DNA of 64,000 bases, from contig CAYPKG010000009.1 in assembly GCA_964411275.1 (NCBI GenBank), positions 1,730-65,729 on the forward strand, written 5' to 3'. Below the pieces are notes generated by a model. That model saw only the letters and a list, made by a program, of their open reading frames with translations, ran no database searches and was not told the DNA's origin. This DNA comes from an uncultured Oscillospiraceae bacterium (GTDB lineage: Bacteria > Bacillota > Clostridia > Christensenellales > CAG-138). Shown piece after piece: positions 27,462-38,342 of this stretch (within the stretch, counting starts at the first letter, position 1; each line of letters opens with the position of its first letter). A program made the translations under genes and the position numbers.

Positions 27462-29226
27462 CCTCGGCACCTCCCTCCATCAGCCCGCGAATTTGCTCAT
27501 TCAGCGCAGCCGATACCTGCTCGTATTTCGCAGGCATTTCATCCTCTGGCACGTACTTGATACGGCCGATCTCTTCGCGCACGGGCAGGCTGGAAAGCTT
27601 TGCGAAGGAGGCGTCCGCGTTCAGCGCCGCAAGACCCTTTTCGTAGTAATCGAGTATCAGTTTGAGCATCATGTACTGCTTCGCCGTGGAGGTATAGGTA
27701 TCCACCTCGTGGAACGCATTTTGATGCAGATAGTCCTCGCGGACGGAGCGGGAGGCTTCCAGCGTCAGGCGATCCTTGAAGGACAGCGCGTCGATACCCA
27801 CCAGGCGCACGATTTCCTCCAGCTCGCTCTCCTCCTGGAGCATGTTCATTGTCTTTTGCACCATCTGCGACCATTCCGCCGCCACATTCTCGTTGAACCA
27901 GCCTTCCAGCCGGTCGAGATACAGGGAATAGCTCTGCAGCCAGTCGATGGCTGGGAAGTGCCTGGCATACGCCAGCTTGGAGGACAAGCCCCAATACACC
28001 TTCACGATACGCAGCGTGGCCTGGGAAACCGGCTCTGAAATATCGCCGCCCGGAGGGGAAACCGCGCCGATGGCGGAAACCGCGCCCTCCCGGCCTTCGC
28101 TGCCCAGCGTCTGCACGACGCCGGCGCGCTCGTAGAACTCCGCCAGACGGGAGGACAGGTATGCGGGGTAGCCTTCCTCGCCCGGCATTTCCTCGAGACG
28201 GCCGGACATTTCACGAAGGGCCTCCGCCCAACGGGAGGTGGAGTCGGCCATGATGGCCACCTTGTAGCCCATGTCCCTAAAGTATTCCGCGATTGTGATG
28301 CCTGTGTAGATGGAGGCTTCCCGGGCCGCCACGGGCATGTCGGAGGTGTTGGCGATGAGCACCGTCCGCTTCATCAGCGACAGGCCGGTGCGGGGGTCCT
28401 TCAATTCCGGGAACTCCATGAGCACGTCGGTCATCTCGTTGCCGCGCTCGCCGCAGCCAACATACACGATGATGTCCGCGTCCGCCCATTTCGCCAGCTG
28501 GTGCTGCACGACGGTTTTGCCGGAGCCGAAGGGGCCGGGCACCGCCGCCACGCCGCCCTTTGCCACGGGGAACAGGGTGTCGATAACCCGCTGTCCCGTG
28601 ATCATCGGCTCTGTGGGGGCGATTTTTTTCGCATAGGGGCGGCCGCGGCGCACAGGCCATTTCTGCAGCATGCACACCTCGACTGTTTCGCCCTTATCGT
28701 TCATCAGTTTCGCGATAGGCTCCACGATGTTGGCGTCCCCGGATTTGATCCAGGTCAGCTTGCCGCTGACTCCCGGAGGAACCATCACCTTGTGAAGCAC
28801 CGCTTCCGTCTCCTGGACGGTGCCAAGAATGTCGCCTGGCTGCACCTCGTCGCCTTCATTGGCAACTGGTACAAAATCCCAAAGCTTGTCGTGATCCAGC
28901 GCGTCCACCTCGATGCCGCGGGTAATTCGGTCCCCCGCCTTTTCCCTAATCATGTTAAGGGGCCGCTGGATGCCGTCGTAAATCGCCTCAATGAGGCCCG
29001 GCGCCAATTCTACGCTGAGGGGCGCGCCGGTGCTATAAACGGGCTCGCCGGGGCCAATGCCGCCGGTCTCTTCGTAAACCTGGATGCTGGCGCGGTCGCC
29101 GCGCAGCTCAATCACCTCACCGATCAGGTGCTTTTCGCTGACGCGTACCACGTCGTACATCTGTACGTCGGCCATGCCGGACGCTACGATAAGAGGCCCA
29201 GAAACCTTGACGATCGTACCTTGCAT
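27454..29226 (-). CDS. ntpA: V/A-type ATP synthase catalytic subunit A
   Basis: 590 aa; Walker [10 protein letters not shown]. Confidence 0.95.
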   Translation of the reverse strand: MQGTIVKVSGPLIVASGMADVQMYDVVRVSEKHLIGEVIELRGDRASIQVYEETGGIGPGEPVYSTGAPLSVELAPGLIEAIYDGIQRPLNMIREKAGDRITRGIEVDALDHDKLWDFVPVANEGDEVQPGDILGTVQETEAVLHKVMVPPGVSGKLTWIKSGDANIVEPIAKLMNDKGETVEVCMLQKWPVRRGRPYAKKIAPTEPMITGQRVIDTLFPVAKGGVAAVPGPFGSGKTVVQHQLAKWADADIIVYVGCGERGNEMTDVLMEFPELKDPRTGLSLMKRTVLIANTSDMPVAAREASIYTGITIAEYFRDMGYKVAIMADSTSRWAEALREMSGRLEEMPGEEGYPAYLSSRLAEFYERAGVVQTLGSEGREGAVSAIGAVSPPGGDISEPVSQATLRIVKVYWGLSSKLAYARHFPAIDWLQSYSLYLDRLEGWFNENVAAEWSQMVQKTMNMLQEESELEEIVRLVGIDALSFKDRLTLEASRSVREDYLHQNAFHEVDTYTSTAKQYMMLKLILDYYEKGLAALNADASFAKLSSLPVREEIGRIKYVPEDEMPAKYEQVSAALNEQIRGLMEGGAEDA

Positions 29227-29244
29227 ACGCTCTTCTACCTTCCT

Positions 29245-29559
29245 TTACGAGAATAAGATGTCCGCGCCGATGGCCTTTTCCACATTGGACTTCATTTCCG
29301 CCATGCCGACGCCCTGTGTCCCCTGATTGCTTGGGATGGGGATGATGGCGGGAAACGCCTCGGACTTATACTTTGAAATCGCTTCGCCGCATTCCTTATA
29401 CAGCTCCTCTGTGACGAAGATCACCTGATACCCTCCCCGGGCCAGCTTGTGTATCGTCCGGGAGGCTTTCGCGCCCTCGGTTTCAAAAAACACATTGAGC
29501 CCGACCGCCTTGAAGAGCAGTACGGAGTCGCGGTCGCCTATTACACCGATATTAGCCAT
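29245..29559 (-). CDS. V/A-type ATP synthase subunit F
   Basis: About 104 aa; MANIGVIGDRDSVLLFKAVGL is typical of the F subunit. Confidence 0.8.
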   Translation of the reverse strand: MANIGVIGDRDSVLLFKAVGLNVFFETEGAKASRTIHKLARGGYQVIFVTEELYKECGEAISKYKSEAFPAIIPIPSNQGTQGVGMAEMKSNVEKAIGADILFS

Positions 29560-30541
29560 ACAACTCACGCAACCTCTCCGTAATGACGCCCTCATCCAGG
29601 CCGTTGCGCTTTACGGTCACGATGAGGCGGATACACCGAGCCTCCTGTTCCCTGGCCAGCAGATATCCCAGCACCGGCTGCAGCGTCATCACATCGTATT
29701 TGCCCTTTTTCGTCAGTTCCATCAGGTGATTGTCCCGTGCCTTTTCAAGGGCGCTGACCCGGTCGGTGCGGAGCATCTCCTCCAGCCCCTTTTGTATCGC
29801 GGAGCCGGCGACGCCGGTGCTCACCTGTTTGACCATGTTCTCCTGGGGCTGCTCCATGGCATCCACCAGTGTGCTTTTCGGGATGCTTCCACCCGGCAGC
29901 ACCACGTCCGCAAGCTCTTCTTTTGAGGCGCCCATGGCCCGCAGCCGAAGCAGCGCCAGGACATTGTCAAAATCCGCAAGCGCCTTAAAATAGTCGCTGG
30001 CAAACGCGTTTTTGTGTTTATTCAGTATCATGCCCGCGTGGGTGTGATACGCCTGATCCAGGCGCACGCTAACCCGCTGGGGATCCTCCCTTGTGGGCAG
30101 TTCTTTCTCCAATGCCTCCAGCGCGTCGCGTAACGCGCCGGGCAAATCGCGATAGTCGTGATCGCGCACCGCAAGCGTGAGCTTTTCCTTTAGATATACG
30201 CCGCCGGAAACAAGCTCCACGTCCTGGCTGTCCAACAGCCGCGCCTTCAACAATACCTTGAGGTTGTGGATGTCCGTCTTCAATAAAAACAGATCCGTGA
30301 TCTCAGGCTCCGGCGTGATCTCCTGAACCAGCCGGGCCGCGTCATCCCGCTCGTGTGCGATCATGGCTTCGCAGTCGGCTGCGGTGGCCTCGGGCATGTT
30401 TCCATACCCGGACTCGACGAGCATCCGCACGGCTTCCTCCAGGCTGCTTTCAGCCAAGCGCGACATTTTGTCGCGGCCAATCAGTCCGTTTTCCTTCGCG
30501 CGGATGCGCGCCACCGCATATGCATAGCTTGACTGTGGCAT
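29552..30541 (-). CDS. ntpC: V/A-type ATP synthase subunit C (V0 d-like)
   Basis: About 329 aa; N-terminus YAYAVARIRAKE is typical; operon position between E and F. Confidence 0.8.
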   Translation of the reverse strand: MPQSSYAYAVARIRAKENGLIGRDKMSRLAESSLEEAVRMLVESGYGNMPEATAADCEAMIAHERDDAARLVQEITPEPEITDLFLLKTDIHNLKVLLKARLLDSQDVELVSGGVYLKEKLTLAVRDHDYRDLPGALRDALEALEKELPTREDPQRVSVRLDQAYHTHAGMILNKHKNAFASDYFKALADFDNVLALLRLRAMGASKEELADVVLPGGSIPKSTLVDAMEQPQENMVKQVSTGVAGSAIQKGLEEMLRTDRVSALEKARDNHLMELTKKGKYDVMTLQPVLGYLLAREQEARCIRLIVTVKRNGLDEGVITERLRELYG

Positions 30542-30594
30542 GCGCTTTTCCTCCATTCTCCCGCTCACGGCAATTGCCGCGCCGGGACCTTAGA

Positions 30595-31200
30595 TCAGTC
30601 GAACAGGATGCCCGCCACCGCGGTTTCCTCCACGGCCCTCGCGTCCCGGATGAGAGCCGAAAAGGAACAGTCCTTCTCATAGCCATCACCCTTGAGCACA
30701 AAGCCGTATTCCATGTCATTCTCCGCGGCCCCCGCCGTAAGCGGGCGTTTTCCCGCAGCTTCAAGGGCCTCGTTCACCTCAGGCAGCAGCTCCATGAGCG
30801 CTTCATGATCCGCGCTGCCGCCGCAAACGGTTTCCCCGCCGTCGGCCTCCGCAAGAAGCATCTTGCGGCATACCTGCGCGCGCTCCGGGCCGGAAAGCCC
30901 GCAAAGATCCTTGTAGGCGGTCGCAAATGCCTCGTCCACAATCTCCCGGCGCGACGCCAGGGCCTGTTTGCGAGCCTCCAGCTCCGCGTTGGTGCGGCTG
31001 CGCTCCAGGATGCTTTTTTGTGCCGCTGCAGTTGCCTTTGTCAGCTCGTCCCTGCGCTTGTCAATCCGCTTTTCGCAGTCCAGGCGGATTTCATCTAAGC
31101 GGGCATTCGTCTCAAGCTCCAGCTTGGCAGCGTCCTTCTTCGCATCCTCCAATATCCGTTCCACCAGCTTGCTTGCGCCGGTGTTCAGTTCATTCGCCAT
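30595..31200 (-). CDS. ntpE: V/A-type ATP synthase subunit E
   Basis: About 201 aa, N-terminal charged coiled coil (ILEDAKKDAAKLELE...), operon position. Confidence 0.75.
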   Translation of the reverse strand: MANELNTGASKLVERILEDAKKDAAKLELETNARLDEIRLDCEKRIDKRRDELTKATAAAQKSILERSRTNAELEARKQALASRREIVDEAFATAYKDLCGLSGPERAQVCRKMLLAEADGGETVCGGSADHEALMELLPEVNEALEAAGKRPLTAGAAENDMEYGFVLKGDGYEKDCSFSALIRDARAVEETAVAGILFD

Positions 31201-31280
31201 ACGCATTCTCTCTTTCTCCCATAAGGGCACCGGAATTCTCTAGGAGAATTCAAGGGTCTTTTTTCCGTTTGAGAGTCTGT

Positions 31281-31829
<549 letters not shown>

Positions 31830-33767
31830 TTACTCGGTGACCCGCACATGCCGGGTCTTGTATCCAAGCGGCTTGAATTCCTTGCCGCCGGTCTCATAAA
31901 ACTTGCCATAAAACTCCACGTACTGGAGCCTTGCGCAGTGCACGAACGTGCCCAGCGTATTGATGGCGATGTTGAACAGGTGCAGAAATACCAAAAGCGC
32001 GACGGCAATCAGCATGAGAAGCACGTGCACAATGGGATTTGAGGACGCGCCCATGATCATGCTGGCCAGGCTGTTGAACACCGAGCCGATTACGCCTGTA
32101 GCGATACCCAACGCGAATAGACGCGCGTAGGACAGGATATCCGACAGGTAGCCGGTCACGTTGTACAATTCCCCAAGGCCGCTGACCAGCCGTTTGATGG
32201 GATTTCTCTTGCCCCGGCCTTTCATGAACAGTATCATCAATGCGCCCAAAGCCGCGGCGCCTACGCCGATTGTCCCCAATACAGGGACGCCGGGCAGCGC
32301 CATGGGCCCCGCAACGCCGATGATCAGCCCCAGCACCACCATCATCCAGCTGAGGTTGTCGAATATCGCGGTCTGCCAGTCGCCGCTTTTGAAGCAGAGC
32401 CTAATTTTCAGCACCAGGCCGAACATAATGTGGATAACCCCCAATCCAAAGCACAAGAACAGCATGGGGATTGGCTGGGTCATCGGGTCCATAATCAGGG
32501 GGAACGGGCCGCTTGCGCCAAGGCCGAACAAATCGTTCCAGCTCATGCCAAAGAACGAGCCGATGAGCACGCCCCACACGATGGTGGACAGGCCGCCCAT
32601 CATAATGACTTTCGCAAGAGCGCCCATCATTCCGGTGGGTTTGGCCATTTTGATAAACAGCAGGCATCCTATGAACAGCACGATGCCGTATCCGGTGTCG
32701 CTGAGCATCATTCCAAACAGCAGGAAATAAAACGGGGCCATGTACGGCGTGCCGTCCATAGAATACGGATCCGGACGGGAGTATAGGTTGGTAACCGCCT
32801 CATACGGCGTGGCGAAGTTGGTATTATGCACCACGCTTGGCGGCGTTTCGCCCTCCTCCGGCTCCCGGATGCCCAGATGATATGCCTCGGTCACATTTTT
32901 AAGAGCCGCCTCCACCTTTTCGGTTTCATCCGAGCGCACCCAGCCTTGGAGCACAAATGTGGCCGCCGTTTTTAACAGCGCCGTCTTCGCCAGGCAACGG
33001 TCCCGCTCGATCACTGCCACGTCGGCAGCGCCGGCGATTTCGTTGCGCTTTGCGCCAAGCTCGCGCATCTGCAGTTCCAGCGCCGTTTCCTGCTTCGCCA
33101 GCTCCTTGATCTCGTTTTGCAGCTCTTCAATGGCTTCATTAGGCGTTCCGGAAAGCTTGGGAAATACATAATCCGCCCAGCTGGTCTGCTTAAGAACAGC
33201 ATTTACCTCCGGCAGCGTGTCTTTGGGGCACGCGATGAGCACCGCCCGCTCGCCTTCCCCGCCATACACTTCCAAAGCCGCCGTCTCCGGCAGTCCGGCT
33301 GCAAGGGCGCTAAGCTCCTCCGCCTCGATCAGGCCTGTTAGTATCTCGGCGCTTTTTGTGCTGCGCACATTGTCCATGGGGATTGGAAGCCCCGCCCACG
33401 GAGCGAGAGATTGTATCTGGGCATTGCATTTTTCCGTGGCGGCCCGCACGGCAGCCCTGTTCCGGTCTACGGTCTCCAGCTCTTCCCCCAGCTTCAACGC
33501 CTCTGGCAAAGCCGCGCGAAGCTCTGCCACAGAAGCCTCCGGCTTGGGCTCAAGCAGGGATTTCTTGGGGCCATAGGGCTTTGCAAGGCCCAGCGCATTG
33601 CTTAGCCGTTGTACGTTGTTTTCCGCACAGACTAGCTGTGGGTCATCCTGAGGTGCTTCCTCACCAGCAATTACCTGTACGGCATTGATGGCCTGTAGCG
33701 CCGTGAGGATGCGCCCCTCGTCTTCCTTAAGGGCGACAAGGGTCAGCCGTTTCATGGGTACAATCAT
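31830..33767 (-). CDS. ntpI: V/A-type ATP synthase subunit I (a-like stator/channel)
   Basis: 645 aa; soluble coiled N-half plus polytopic C-half with conserved Arg (YARLFALG). Confidence 0.9.
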   Translation of the reverse strand: MIVPMKRLTLVALKEDEGRILTALQAINAVQVIAGEEAPQDDPQLVCAENNVQRLSNALGLAKPYGPKKSLLEPKPEASVAELRAALPEALKLGEELETVDRNRAAVRAATEKCNAQIQSLAPWAGLPIPMDNVRSTKSAEILTGLIEAEELSALAAGLPETAALEVYGGEGERAVLIACPKDTLPEVNAVLKQTSWADYVFPKLSGTPNEAIEELQNEIKELAKQETALELQMRELGAKRNEIAGAADVAVIERDRCLAKTALLKTAATFVLQGWVRSDETEKVEAALKNVTEAYHLGIREPEEGETPPSVVHNTNFATPYEAVTNLYSRPDPYSMDGTPYMAPFYFLLFGMMLSDTGYGIVLFIGCLLFIKMAKPTGMMGALAKVIMMGGLSTIVWGVLIGSFFGMSWNDLFGLGASGPFPLIMDPMTQPIPMLFLCFGLGVIHIMFGLVLKIRLCFKSGDWQTAIFDNLSWMMVVLGLIIGVAGPMALPGVPVLGTIGVGAAALGALMILFMKGRGKRNPIKRLVSGLGELYNVTGYLSDILSYARLFALGIATGVIGSVFNSLASMIMGASSNPIVHVLLMLIAVALLVFLHLFNIAINTLGTFVHCARLQYVEFYGKFYETGGKEFKPLGYKTRHVRVTE

Positions 33768-34078
33768 TCAAAAATCACAACCCTTCGCAGCAAATACGAT
33801 ACCGCCTCCGGCAGCTTTTCCTTGGCCGCGGCGCATTTGATGTTCGCTTCTTCCCGTCGGTCGGACACGATCTTCTCTCCGAGAAGCTTGCCTTCCTGCT
33901 CCGCTTGCTGTGTGGCGCCCCGAAGCAGCTCGCGCCCATCTTCCTCTACCGCGTTCAACTGCGCCTGTGCTTTCGCCTGGGCTGCCGCAACCTGATCCCT
34001 GGACGCGACAGCAGCTTCCTGGCGGATAACAGTTGCCTGGGCTTCCGCTTTAGCGATTTCGTCGATAATCGAATTCAA
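33764..34078 (-). CDS. V/A-type ATP synthase small peripheral-stalk subunit (G/H-like)
   Basis: About 104 aa, Ala/Gln/Glu-rich helix, first gene of the operon. TTG start 8 nt after AAGGAGG. Confidence 0.6.
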   Translation of the reverse strand: MNSIIDEIAKAEAQATVIRQEAAVASRDQVAAAQAKAQAQLNAVEEDGRELLRGATQQAEQEGKLLGEKIVSDRREEANIKCAAAKEKLPEAVSYLLRRVVIFE

Positions 34079-34290
34079 TGCGATCACCTCCTTTGTTAAA
34101 TTGATAACAACGAAATTATACAAATGTTAAAATGCTAACAACACAATTTTACAAGATTAATATATGCAATACAACCCCAAGGAATGGGATAACGGGGAAT
34201 ATATAATTTAATTTCGAAATAAATCCTGCAATATAAGCACTGATTATGGCAAAATGAAGCATTTCTTGCAGGAAATGAGCGCGAATTTAA

Positions 34291-34920
34291 CTATTTGGTG
34301 CCAAACAAGCGATCCCCGGCATCACCAAGACCGGGAACGATATACCCAAGCTCGTTGAGATGGCTGTCAACGGCAGCCAGATAGATATCAACGTCCGGAT
34401 GCATCTGCTGCACGTTCTTAATGCCCTCGGGGGCGCCAATGAGATTGACAAGCCGCACGCTTTTACAGCCGGAGCGCTTGACGATATTGATGGCTTCCAC
34501 GGCAGAGCCGCCGGTGGCGAGCATGGGGTCTACGATAATAATCACGCGATCCTGCACATCGGGGGGCAGCTTGCAATAATAATCCACCGGCATCAGCGTA
34601 TCCGGATCGCGGTATAGGCCAATATGCCCGATTTTGGCGGCGGGAATCAAGCTCATCATGCCGTCCACCATGCCAAGCCCCGCGCGAAGCACCGGGATAA
34701 TCCCCAGCTTTTTGCCAGCAAGCACTTTCGCGTTGGCCATTGCCACAGGGGTTTCCACCTGGGCGTCCATCAGCTCCAAATCCCTTGTTACCTCATACCC
34801 CATGAGCAGCGACAACTCCTGCACAAGCGCCCGGAAATCCTTTGTTCCGGTATTCTTGTCCCGCAGAAGCGAAATCTTATGCTGTACAAGCGGATGGTCG
34901 ATTACCACCAATTTACCCAT
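34291..34920 (-). CDS. upp: Uracil phosphoribosyltransferase
   Basis: [15 protein letters not shown]...; PRPP motif [12 protein letters not shown]. Confidence 0.95.
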   Translation of the reverse strand: MGKLVVIDHPLVQHKISLLRDKNTGTKDFRALVQELSLLMGYEVTRDLELMDAQVETPVAMANAKVLAGKKLGIIPVLRAGLGMVDGMMSLIPAAKIGHIGLYRDPDTLMPVDYYCKLPPDVQDRVIIIVDPMLATGGSAVEAINIVKRSGCKSVRLVNLIGAPEGIKNVQQMHPDVDIYLAAVDSHLNELGYIVPGLGDAGDRLFGTK

Positions 34921-35018
34921 ACACATACCTCCCCTTTGTTCTTTCGTTTACACATCTAAACAATATACCCCAACGTCGGGCTATGGAAAAGGGGGTCCGG
35001 CGTTTCTTCCGTTTCCCC

Positions 35019-35462
35019 TTACCTTTCGCTGTCGTACTTCATAATTTTATCAACCCGCAGCCCATGCCGGCCGCCGTCAAAGGGTGTCGCAAGAAATACC
35101 CTCACAATCTCGTACATCATTTCCACGCCGATAATGCGCGCGCCCATGGCAAGGACATTGGCGTCGTTATGCGCCCTTGTCAGCCGGGCGGAAACCGGAT
35201 CGCCGCAAAGCGCGCAGCGCACACCCCGCACCTTGTTGCAGGAAATCGAAATCCCAATGCCCGTGCCACAGATTACAATGCCGCAATCGGCTTTGCCCGA
35301 TGCCACCGCCTCGCCCACTTTGATGCCCAGATCCGGATAATCGCAGCTGTCTGTGGAATAAGTCCCGAAATCCTCGACCTTGTGTCCTGCCTGCGTGAGA
35401 AAAGGAAGCAGCAATTCTTTATAGGAAAAGCCGCCATGGTCGCAGCCGATCGCAATGTGCAT
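35019..35462 (-). CDS. rpiB: Ribose-5-phosphate isomerase B
   Basis: MHIAIGCDHGG..., ICGTGIGISI. Confidence 0.93.
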   Translation of the reverse strand: MHIAIGCDHGGFSYKELLLPFLTQAGHKVEDFGTYSTDSCDYPDLGIKVGEAVASGKADCGIVICGTGIGISISCNKVRGVRCALCGDPVSARLTRAHNDANVLAMGARIIGVEMMYEIVRVFLATPFDGGRHGLRVDKIMKYDSER

Positions 35463-35481
35463 GAGAAGATACTCCTTACGT

Positions 35482-35976
35482 TTATTCGTGATTGGGCAGC
35501 TCCCGGTCCAGCCGGTTCAGAGCTTTATTGACCGCGTCCCTGATCTCCTGCGCCACCTCGAGATAAACGGCAAGGGGCTGCCGGAACGGGTCTTCGATGT
35601 CGTATACAAAATCCCCTGGGAACCCGTTCACCCCCGCCGCAAACCCTTTTAGGGTATGGGCCTTATCCTGGGCACCGGGGCAAAGGGCCACAAGCTCATC
35701 GAGATGCTGGCTCTCCATCGTCAGGATGAGATCCGCCTCCCTGGCAATTTCCGGGGTCAGTTGCCGGGCCCTGTGGCGGCCGTGACGGATGCCCATATGG
35801 TCCAGCGCGCGTTCCGCCAGATCGGTCATCTTAGCGCCATCCACAGCCATGGTCCCCGCCGACTCCACCTCAATCTGCCCGGATAATCGTGGGTGATCGT
35901 CCACCAGGTCTTCCATGATGGCTTCGGCCATAGGACTTCGACAGCTGTTACCGGTGCAAACAAACAGCACGGTCAT
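35482..35976 (-). CDS. Low-molecular-weight protein phosphatase (YwlE-type arginine/tyrosine phosphatase)
   Basis: CTGNSCRS P-loop; conserved position between tsaC and rpiB. Confidence 0.88.
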   Translation of the reverse strand: MTVLFVCTGNSCRSPMAEAIMEDLVDDHPRLSGQIEVESAGTMAVDGAKMTDLAERALDHMGIRHGRHRARQLTPEIAREADLILTMESQHLDELVALCPGAQDKAHTLKGFAAGVNGFPGDFVYDIEDPFRQPLAVYLEVAQEIRDAVNKALNRLDRELPNHE

Positions 35977-36034
35977 GTATTTGGTTCCTCCTGTCATGGG
36001 AATGGGACTGTATCTTTATGCGCTTGCCGGGGGC

Positions 36035-37078
36035 CTATGCCTCGACTTGTTGAAAGCCCGCCGCGCGCAGCAGCCTGTTCATAAACGCAAGCCCGGCCTC
36101 CTGGGGCGCAAGCCCCTCAGCCAATATCACATCCGCCCTGTTTTCCGCGTCGCGAAGCATCGCAAACAGGTTTGCGCATAGCGACAACGGCTGATCCCTG
36201 TCGCCTATTATAACATAATCCTTACCGTGATAAAAGGGGCTGGTTTGCTTCGTGGCAAAAATCAGGCATCTTTTTTCCGCCGCCTCCATCTCCCGATATA
36301 GGGACTGCACCCTGGCGGCAATGCGCTTCACGTCCCGGCCGTTCACCACGATCACCTCGGCGTTGGGGGCGTAATGCCTGTATTTCATCCCGGGAGAACT
36401 GGGCGCCTCAGTCTCCTTCAGCGGGGAGAGTATGCTGTCTGCAAGGCGTACGGGGCCCACCACCGCTTCCAGCATGCCCTGTGTCACCACCCCGGGCCGC
36501 AGGATGGTGGGCGTGCCGACACAGCTGACCACCGTGGACTCCAGCCCGTATTTGCAGCTTCCGCCGTCCAATATCAGCGGGATTTTCCCGTCCATATCCT
36601 GCAATACATGTTGGGCCGTGGTGGGGCTTGGCCGTCCCGACGCGTTGGCGCTGGGCGCGGCCACCGGCACCCCGGCGGCGCGGATCAGCGCCCTGGCGGT
36701 TTTGTTGTCGGGCATGCGTAACGCCACTGTAGACAGCCCAGCCGTGACCTCGTCGGGCACCTGATCGCTGCGCTCGTAGATCAGCGTCAGCGGCCCCGGC
36801 CAGAACGCGTCCATCAGCCTCTGGGCCTTGGGCGGCACAGAGTCCCACAGCCGCCGCACCTCGTTCTTTTTTGATACATGGAGAATAAGCGGGTTGTCCA
36901 TGGGACGGCCCTTCGCCTCGAATATGCGGGAAACCGCCTCCGGGTTGAGCCCGTTGGCCCCAAGGCCGTACACCGTTTCCGTGGGAAACGCCACAAGCCC
37001 GCCTTCTCTCAATATTTTGCCGCCCAGCTGCGTTCCCGCCTCTTCCTGGCGGGTCGCATCCATGACATTTGTTTGCAT
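36035..37078 (-). CDS. tsaC: L-threonylcarbamoyladenylate synthase (Sua5/YwlC type, with C-terminal Sua5 domain)
   Basis: FPTETVYGLGANG, KGRPMDNPLILH, PSANASGRPSPT. Confidence 0.92.
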   Translation of the reverse strand: MQTNVMDATRQEEAGTQLGGKILREGGLVAFPTETVYGLGANGLNPEAVSRIFEAKGRPMDNPLILHVSKKNEVRRLWDSVPPKAQRLMDAFWPGPLTLIYERSDQVPDEVTAGLSTVALRMPDNKTARALIRAAGVPVAAPSANASGRPSPTTAQHVLQDMDGKIPLILDGGSCKYGLESTVVSCVGTPTILRPGVVTQGMLEAVVGPVRLADSILSPLKETEAPSSPGMKYRHYAPNAEVIVVNGRDVKRIAARVQSLYREMEAAEKRCLIFATKQTSPFYHGKDYVIIGDRDQPLSLCANLFAMLRDAENRADVILAEGLAPQEAGLAFMNRLLRAAGFQQVEA

Positions 37079-37136
37079 ACACCTGCTCCTTCACCGGGCC
37101 AATCCCCGGCCGCGCCCGCCTTGCAAGGGGAGCGCT

Positions 37137-37173
37137 CGAAAAACCGCAAGCTGCAAAGCGTCGCGGTTTTTCG
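37137..37173 (-). terminator. Hairpin 3 nt after the prfA stop codon
   Basis: CGAAAAACCGC/GCGGTTTTTCG 11-bp stem. Confidence 0.45.
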
Positions 37174-37175
37174 AT

Positions 37176-38249
37176 TTATTCCTGGGCGCTGGACAGCTTG
37201 GCGGCGCGCTCCGCCAATATCAGCGCGTCGATCATTTCGTCGATATCCCCGTCCATAAACTGCTCCAGCTTATACAGGGTAAGCCCGATGCGGTGATCCG
37301 TCACCCGGCCCTGGGGGAAATTATAGGTGCGCACCCGTTCGCTGCGGTCGCCTGAGCCCACCTGGGATTTCCGCTCCTGAGCAAGCGCCGTGTCCTGCTC
37401 CTCCTGATATTTTTCATACAGCTTGCTTTTCAAAAGCCGCATGGCCATTTCCCGGTTCTGCAGCTGGCTTCTTTCGTTCTGGCATTGGACGACGATGCCT
37501 GTGGGGTTGTGGGTGATGCGGATGGCGGAGGAGGTCTTGTTGACATGCTGGCCGCCGGCGCCGGAGCTCCTGTATGTATCCACCCGAAGGTCGCTTTCCT
37601 TGATCTCAATTTCCACATCCTCGGCTTCGGGCAGCACCGCCACCGTGGCCGCGCTGGTGTGAATGCGGCCCTGGCTTTCCGTCTCCGGCACCCGCTGCAC
37701 CCGGTGCACGCCGCTTTCATACTTCAACCGGCTGTACGCCCCCCGCTTGCCGCCAAGGGAAATAACCACTTCCTTTACGCCGCCCATGTCGGTGACGTTG
37801 TTGGTAATGTACTCCACTTTGTAGCCATTGCGCTCCGCATAGCGCAGGTACATCCTAAGAAGATTGGCGCCAAACAACGCCGCCTCGTCCCCGCCGGTGC
37901 CGGCGCGGATTTCGATGATGACGTCCTTGTCGTCGTTGGGGTCCCGGGGCAAAAGCAGGAACTTCAACTCCTCCACGCAGGCGGCTTCCTGCTCGGTCAG
38001 TTCGGAAAGCTCCCCATGCACCATCTCCCGCATGTCCGCATCCAGCTTGTCGTTCAATAGTTCCTTGCAGTCCTGGATGGATGTGAGAATATCCTTATAT
38101 TTTCCATAGGCCGCCACAATATCCTGCAGCTGGGCGTGTTCCTTGACCATGGTCCGCCACGCAGCCTGATCCGACATAACGTCCGGCAGGCCCAGCTTTT
38201 GTTCCAGCTCGTCGTATCGGTTTTTGATTGTTTCAAGTTTTTTGAGCAT
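37176..38249 (-). CDS. prfA: Peptide chain release factor 1
   Basis: GGQ ([12 protein letters not shown]) and PxT-type region; 357 aa. Confidence 0.97.
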   Translation of the reverse strand: MLKKLETIKNRYDELEQKLGLPDVMSDQAAWRTMVKEHAQLQDIVAAYGKYKDILTSIQDCKELLNDKLDADMREMVHGELSELTEQEAACVEELKFLLLPRDPNDDKDVIIEIRAGTGGDEAALFGANLLRMYLRYAERNGYKVEYITNNVTDMGGVKEVVISLGGKRGAYSRLKYESGVHRVQRVPETESQGRIHTSAATVAVLPEAEDVEIEIKESDLRVDTYRSSGAGGQHVNKTSSAIRITHNPTGIVVQCQNERSQLQNREMAMRLLKSKLYEKYQEEQDTALAQERKSQVGSGDRSERVRTYNFPQGRVTDHRIGLTLYKLEQFMDGDIDEMIDALILAERAAKLSSAQE

Positions 38250-38342
38250 GTTGCCTCCGGCGGCTTGGCCGCATCATAGTAACGGGAAACTCCCATAATA
38301 TTTTAGTATAGCATGGCGCAGGGGGAAAGTGAAATTGCAAAT

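Noticed and set aside
25908-27560. 550-aa ORF on the + strand
   Set aside because: It is antisense to V-ATPase subunits B and D. It is a high-GC shadow ORF with Arg/Gly/His-rich low-complexity translation.
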